A stretch of 64,000 bases of DNA from Thalia democratica. Its lineage: Eukaryota. Both the position numbers and the translations under genes were made by a program. Shown here piece by piece: positions 57,701 through 64,000 of this stretch. A model generated the notes under the pieces. That model worked only from the letters and a program-made list of their open reading frames with translations, did not search any database and was not told the origin of the DNA. Position 1 is the stretch's first letter; every line of letters begins with the position of its first letter. The stretch lies in the NCBI GenBank assembly GCA_965202585.1, contig OZ241827.1:15314001-15378000 (forward strand). The letters run 5' to 3'.

Positions 57701-60558
57701 AATAAAAAATTTTGCATGTGTAATATTTAAAATGTTTTGCTGAATATTCAAAAAAGTTTTAAAAACTCCTGCTCTGAAATTAAATAATTAATAGAATTTA
57801 AAAATCGATGAATTTTAATTGAAATTAAAAATTACAAGTTTGTATTTTCTACATTTGTGTATGAATATGACTTTTTTTTTAATTTACTCTATATCAAGTT
57901 TTAAATCAACAAATTCTTCTAAAAAAATAACGTTTTAGGTCAACCTATAAAAGTTATTTTTTGTATTAAAAGCTCTGAGCTCCATATGATCTTAAAAGGC
58001 TATCTTGTTGAGATATATGAAAATTAAATAAAAAAACAAATTCTTTATTTAAAAAAAGTTCAAGATTTTCTTAAAAGTAGCTAGTTATATACATTAAATA
58101 TTTTACAGGCCTTGCAAAGTTTTTAATTTTAATCAATTCATTTTGTCAAAAGCTTAAACTTTAACTTGAAAAAATCACTTGATATTTAAATGCTGATTAT
58201 TTAAGATAACATTCGATAAAAAATATTTTACAGGCATCGCGAGCGCAAATATTGAACAAGGCAACCGAGTACATCAATCAGATGACGAAGAAGAACACTG
58301 CCTTCAAAACCGACATTGACAACTTGAACAAGGAGAACCAGGAGCTCGAAATGAAAAGTTGGTTGTTGTTGATATTATCAATAAATCAGTTTGCATGTTA
58401 ATCAATGTTAATGTAAAATCAGTTTCTAACTGTAATAACAAAACTCCCGCTGGACAATTGCATTACTTCAGAATGTTTACTAAATAGTTTTTGAAATGCC
58501 AACAGTTATTGCTTAATGGTCAAATAATAAATAGTAGTGGGTATAATTTATAATGGTAGTTAAACAAATAATGAAAGCAGAATTATTTTTAAATAAGCTA
58601 CTATTTTTTATAAATTTTTTGTTATCAACAACTTCGCTAAAAGCAAGTTTTAATATGGCTATTTAGTAAACTATGACTAAAAATGATTTAAATACATAGG
58701 TGCCAAAAAATCTGAAAAAGCTTGAAATTTTACAATAAATGCAAAAACAAACCTTGGAAACCTAAAATTTAAGAAATTAAAAAAAAGATAAAAATAAATT
58801 GAATATAAATCAATAAATACCAGGAACTTAATCAAATTTTACTGTAAAATAATGGAAATCTGATTTGAAACGAAAAATATACCATATACAATAATTTTTT
58901 CATATCATATATACTATTTTATTTGTTAAAACACGTTTATAGTAGTACAACAAAATTATTGTAAAAAATACAATATTGCTTTTACTGTCTTAAAAATGAA
59001 CAAATAACACACTTTCAATTATTTAGCAAAGTTAATAATAACTTATAAATACTAATAATTTTTGTTATACTTGTAAAAAATTATTATTTACTGTCTGAAC
59101 AGAGAAGTTCTCATTTTCTTGGACACTGGAAAAAAATAAAAAACAGTTTAAAATATATAGTAGTATTTCAGTTTCTAAGTACTATTTAAGACAATTTTTC
59201 ACCATAGATTTAGATCTATATTAAATATGAATCAATAAAAAAATCTTCTATATAAAACCTGGAAGGAATTCAGAATACCTTGGTAAAAATTTCAAAAAAC
59301 TTTGGCAACCCTGTAAATTAGCACCACAGTTTAATCACCACTAAATTGGAGGTTTTTAAAATAATATATGTATTAATTAATTGATTAGTACAAATTAAAA
59401 AAATGTAACGGCTATAAGTTGCCTCACACACCTAGTTTATTGAAGGGACACAAGTTTAAAACGCAAATATCAAAAAAAATTGTGTAATAATTTTCGTACT
59501 TTTGGCACTTATAATTTGTATTTGGATGATTTTAATAAATTTTTTTTTTAACTTTTTTAATTAAACATGTCTATTGTATTTTTAAACTAATATTGGAGAC
59601 ATTTATTGGATTCGGATGATTTATTCTATTAATAAAAGGTTTTGCAATTTTATCTAAAACACTTGATAGTTCCAGCAGTTAGACAACAATTTTTTACCAT
59701 TTTACTAAATATAACTTTTGTATATATTAACCAGCCAGAGAATTTTCTACATTAATTTTTTTTTGACATTATTCAAGAATGTTTAATTTTTTCAACTTCA
59801 TTTTGAAATCATTTGTTGGACTTAGATGATTTAGTACCTGAAAAGGTTTTGGCACATTTTATTAAAAATATTATTTTGTATTGTTCACACAGTCAAGGCG
59901 TTTCAGGAAATGAAGAGACAGAGACAACAACGGTTAATGCTACAACAAAAATGTTTGTGAAAATAAGTTTTTATATAAATTTGTCAGTTTTATTCGGGTT
60001 GAGGTTGTTATAGTAAATAGTTAATATGCAAAAATGGTAAGTTTTAATATACGGGCCTGCAGTTTTTCTGTTTGTTCTAATTATTTTATCAGAATATTAA
60101 TGAGTAAAATTTGTTACGCCTCAATTAAATTTATTTTAAAGTAAGTTTTACAAGGTCTATTTATCACATAGGTACACATAGTTTAAAATGGACTAAAGTA
60201 AAAATTAATAGTTGAAATTTTCAAAAAATAAAAACAATATATGTTATGCTTTTTAAAATATGCTAATCAGCTTTCTCTTTACCTATCACAAGCCGCTAAA
60301 ATGTTTATAAACCAAAAAAAAATAATAAAAATGAAAAAAATAAATATTTTTTCAACAGTCTCAATCCTCGAAGCTGCGAGGAAGAACAATCTGATAGCCA
60401 AGCAGCAGAAGGAAAAACAAATGCAGCAGCAGCAACAGAAACAAGCTGAACAACAAGCTGCAAACTACAACGTTCCTGCGACACAGCAACAGCAGAACGG
60501 ATTCGTTCCCGCGAAAAACGGACAGGAGAACAAGACGCCACCCCATTCTAGTTCTTGA
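54790..60558 (+). CDS. max: Max bHLH-leucine-zipper protein, ~183 aa (exons 54790-54831, 55917-55949, 56241-56285, 57393-57500, 58234-58357, 60359-60558)
   Basis: [31 protein letters not shown]|[14 protein letters not shown] matches the Max bHLH. Acidic N-terminus [14 protein letters not shown]. All junctions are GT-AG and in phase. Inclusion of the two microexons is less certain. Confidence 0.92.
55565..55916 (+). repeat. Intronic minisatellite, 76-80-bp units x4.5
   Basis: atgatcaa recurs at 55565, 55641, 55721, 55797 and 55875, with alternating long and short units. Confidence 0.85.
57253..57312 (+). other. Partial duplicate of the Max basic-region exon, ending in a stop
   Basis: tttgcag|TCAACTAAGAGATCGCACCACAATGCATTGGAG is nearly identical to the exon at 57393. 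Encodes [25 protein letters not shown] overlaps the stop. Confidence 0.75.
58695..59313. mobile_element. MITE, CAGGGTTGCC family, in Max intron 5
   Basis: Degenerate left end cataggtgccaaaaaatctg and right end tttggcaaccctg|ta. Confidence 0.55.
59893..59960 (+). other. Candidate alternative terminal exon of Max
   Basis: cacacag|TC AAG GCG TTT... is in the same phase as exon 6 (caacag|TC TCA ATC CTC). Encodes [24 protein letters not shown]-richer than the intron. Confidence 0.6.
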
Positions 60559-63500
60559 ATGTTTGATCAGTTGATTGGCTTGTATCATAGTGTTATTGTT
60601 GCTTTCAAAAGATGCCACTCATATTTGGTATATTTTCAAAAGTTTGAAATTTTTTACTAGATATGTGTTGTAAAATAATATGTAATAATATATTGAGTTG
60701 TGCTTTTTAAGTTTTAAGGCTTATAGTTATTGATTTGAAAAGATACAACTCTTTAGATTTTTGCTTTATAACTTCTTAGATCTACATCTTGTCCTTATGA
60801 ATTCAGACCCTTCCTCTAAAACTTTATTGATTGATTTTATTGTTTTTTTTTGCTTTGGCAAGCTGCAACTTTGAAAAGCATACTTGGGTTTTGTTTCTTT
60901 GAACTGATAATATTTTTGTTAATATATAAAATGTATAAGTGATATTAATGTACAGTATAGTTGTGCTTATTTATCTAAAAGTTGGCCTGTTGATAACTTA
61001 GTTTAGCTTTTAACGATTTTAAAACATTTTACATTATATTTTCAAAAAAAAAATTATTGTTTTACTGTAATTAAGTTTATTTACTAAGTAGTAAAATGGT
61101 AGTTCTTCAGAAAACATAAAAACAGTTCAGACCAATTTTAATTAAAAACTTGGCAAGGAATATTGTAAAAGTTTATAGTTCTGTAAAGTTTTTGGGCTCT
61201 AATAAAGCTTGTTTAAAAATAAAACAAACATAATTTTAAGAAAAAGTTATGCGATAACAATTAGATTTTTAAATTTGTCATAAAAATAAAAACTACTAAA
61301 CTGATCCTTTCTCTTGTGCAAATTAATAAAATCGACTATACATGGTTTTTTCACATTTAACTTCTACAACTGAAATAATTTATATTTTAATTATACTTCT
61401 GAGCATTTCGTTTATCCATTTAATATGAAAGTTTTAAAGGAATTTGTATGTTTTTTTTTTGATTAGAATCCTGTCTTTCGATAAAAACAATAAAATTTGC
61501 TCAGCTGTCTCTATTTAACCAGTTTTTAGTTTACCCACATGACTTTAGTTTTATATAAAATTCTTAAGAGTTGTTAATAGATTTCAAAATTTTATTGCTT
61601 TTAAAAGTTGGTACAAAACAAATTTATACTTTTAACATTTTTGCTTTTGTAAAATTTTTCTTTTTGTTTGTAAAACTACTTCGATTGTGACAGTTTTTAA
61701 AAAAACGTTTTAGCTATAGCTTTGTAATATTTGAGCATATTTTAGACTTTGTGTTTGTATTGTTTTTGTTTCGCTAAAATGAGTATGTTTAACTTATTCA
61801 TTTTAGTACTATTTTTAAAACTATCGAATATAAATGGCTTTTATTTCCTTTTTTCCTTCTTTTTTTTTAAACGACTAACTTAATTTATTTTTGTATATAC
61901 TTTTAAGATAAAGTGAACAGCCTATCATAAGTTTAAAGGTATATATCTGGCTGTTAAGATTATATTTTCAAGTTCAGATAGTTTTTCTAAATCATACTGA
62001 AATGTTGTGTTAATAAACTTGTGTAAGTTGAATTTCAACTGAGTTTTTGTAACTAATTTCTTATATATGGGTTAATTAAAGTTTGCATTTGTTATTAAAT
62101 AAATTTTGAAGTGTTTAAGAACTTTTTGTAAACATCCTGAAAAACTTAATTAAGTAACAATAACTATGTACCTCAGCATTTTTACGTAATGTTTATAACA
62201 TTCATGGTTTTAATTTTAACATTAAAATTTAAATTTATAACATTTCTAATTTTGTTTGAGAAAAAAATACCAAAAATATATACTTCAAATCATTTATAAG
62301 TATGTGTAAATTTGGAATGACAGAATATAATTGATAATAATTTCCGGAAATCTAAATAATATGTACATTAATTATTTCTGTCATTCTTTATTAATAGTTT
62401 AGTTTAGTGAATAAAAACTATAACCTGGTCTTGTAGCAAATCATTTTAGCGATAGTTCCGCATTTAAATTATATTAAACCGTATTGGAGTGTTATTGTTA
62501 GTACTTAAGTATGTTTTGAATAATTTCATACTAATCCGGTTCAAGTTATTATTGTTTTAAAGCAGATTAAATTCCGTTGTTAAAGCATACATAAAATTAC
62601 TAGCTACTTTTACTAGATTTTCTCATTTTCTTAACAACTATTATACAATGAATTGATCATACAGCGTTTCCTCATTATAATGCTTATACAGTCACATGTT
62701 TTTATAATTTTAAGCCTCTTTGTTATTAAACCACTATATACGTTGGTTTTATATATTTTATGCAAATTAATCTTGATTAATCAGTCTGAGTTTTTTGAAT
62801 ATTACGTACAAGCTGTTGTTTATTTTTCGGACACGTTTTTGGCAAGACCACATTTTAAAAAAATATATAATTGCTAACGACTTTAAAACTGTACTAAATA
62901 ACGTATTACAATATTTTTGGCAGTTATTTTCAACCAAGAAAAACAGTCTAAAGGTAGACTTCAAAAAATTAACAGTTTTTATTTCAAGTACGTATAAAAC
63001 TAAACTAATTAAAAATAAGTGTTAAAATACACTTTTGTAATGTATACTGAACGTTTAAATTTGATTGCAACCAAGTAAGCTGCTTTTAAAATCTAAAGAT
63101 TTTAGACATTATTCCTTTAAAAAAGTATATTAGTTTTGTTACTATTTGAGAAAAGCTTTTTATAAATATATTTAGAACCTAGGTATAAACTTGATCGGTT
63201 TTGATTTGTTAGTCGTGAATGTAACAATAGTAAATTGAAGTTAATTCTTATATTTTTTTTTAAGTACTGCTGTACAAAACTTTTAATTAAATCGTAATTT
63301 TAATTTGAAAAATTTTATGTGTTAAGCTTTATTTTAAATTAAATTTGTAGTAAAATCTCACTTAAATAGAAAATTATATCTAATAACTTTAGAAAAGATG
63401 TTCGGCTGTAAAGCTACTTGAATTTTTATTCATAAGAGCATTTACATTAGGTCAATATAAAAAAAATTTAAATCAAACTTTTATAATCATGAAAAAGAAA

Positions 63501-64000
63501 AATAATCCTTAACGAAAGGTAAAAAAATGAGTTATAATCAAAATAGGCATACCCAATTAAGACGTCTATATCATTTGGTATGTCCCTAAAAATCTCATAC
63601 AAAAACAAATGCTTATAGTTTTGAAAGATGTTTGAAAAGTTCATTTACAAGGTGTTTAGTGTCACAAACTATAATTTACTTTTAAGGATCTTTTTGATTC
63701 AAAAAATAGTTAAAAACTAGAAGGTAATAGTTTTTGTTTTAAATAATTTCTACGTTTATTAAAAGGCCAGAAAAAACCGATGTATCCAATGTTGACTTCA
63801 GCATTTTTTTGTTTTTAAACATGATCAGTAAAACTAACTTGAGGATAGTCTGTTTAAAATGTTTTTTAAAGCAAGTAACTTAAAAATAAGTTTTGTTTAT
63901 AATGAGAATGTTTGGCAAAGCAAGTATTTTTTAGTGGTAGAGAATAATAACTGAATTGGGATCAGGATCATGTTTCTATGTATTGTGTCACACATCTTTT

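Noticed and set aside
59813-60013. 66-aa ORF in Max intron 5
   Set aside because: It is a different frame over the candidate alternative exon plus intronic DNA.
60241-60358. N-terminal part of the 105-aa ORF
   Set aside because: It is intronic read-through upstream of the exon 6 acceptor at 60358.

Overview
Very AT-rich animal genomic DNA with GT-AG introns and GC-richer exons; the species cannot be determined from the sequence. From left to right: (1) short non-autonomous elements with CAGGGTTGCC termini, plus a 3-kb foldback element whose inverted arms are 15-bp arrays containing GGGTTAG, flanked by a 9-bp direct repeat. (2) An intronless 357-aa heptad-repeat RING gene. (3) A decayed Penelope-like retroelement with a remnant minimal hammerhead ribozyme. 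(4) A minus-strand CsRn1-like Ty3/Gypsy LTR element. Its Gag starts inside the 5' LTR and reads through the tRNA-Trp PBS, it has a -1 frameshift signal and a protease, and RT/RNaseH/integrase are replaced by unrelated DNA. (5) A ~25-kb triple tandem array of a two-gene cassette: a divergent 3-exon PARP2/3-like gene (degenerate WGR, helical domain, H-Y-E catalytic domain), disrupted in all three copies as assembled, and an intact TATA-driven 70-aa orphan gene. (6) A Max (bHLH-Zip) gene with extra duplicate-like exons that could yield alternative isoforms. The strongest novelty candidates are the PARP-plus-microprotein cassette, the LTR-initiated Gag and the Max exon duplicates. All family assignments are by-eye motif recognition; no database search was run.
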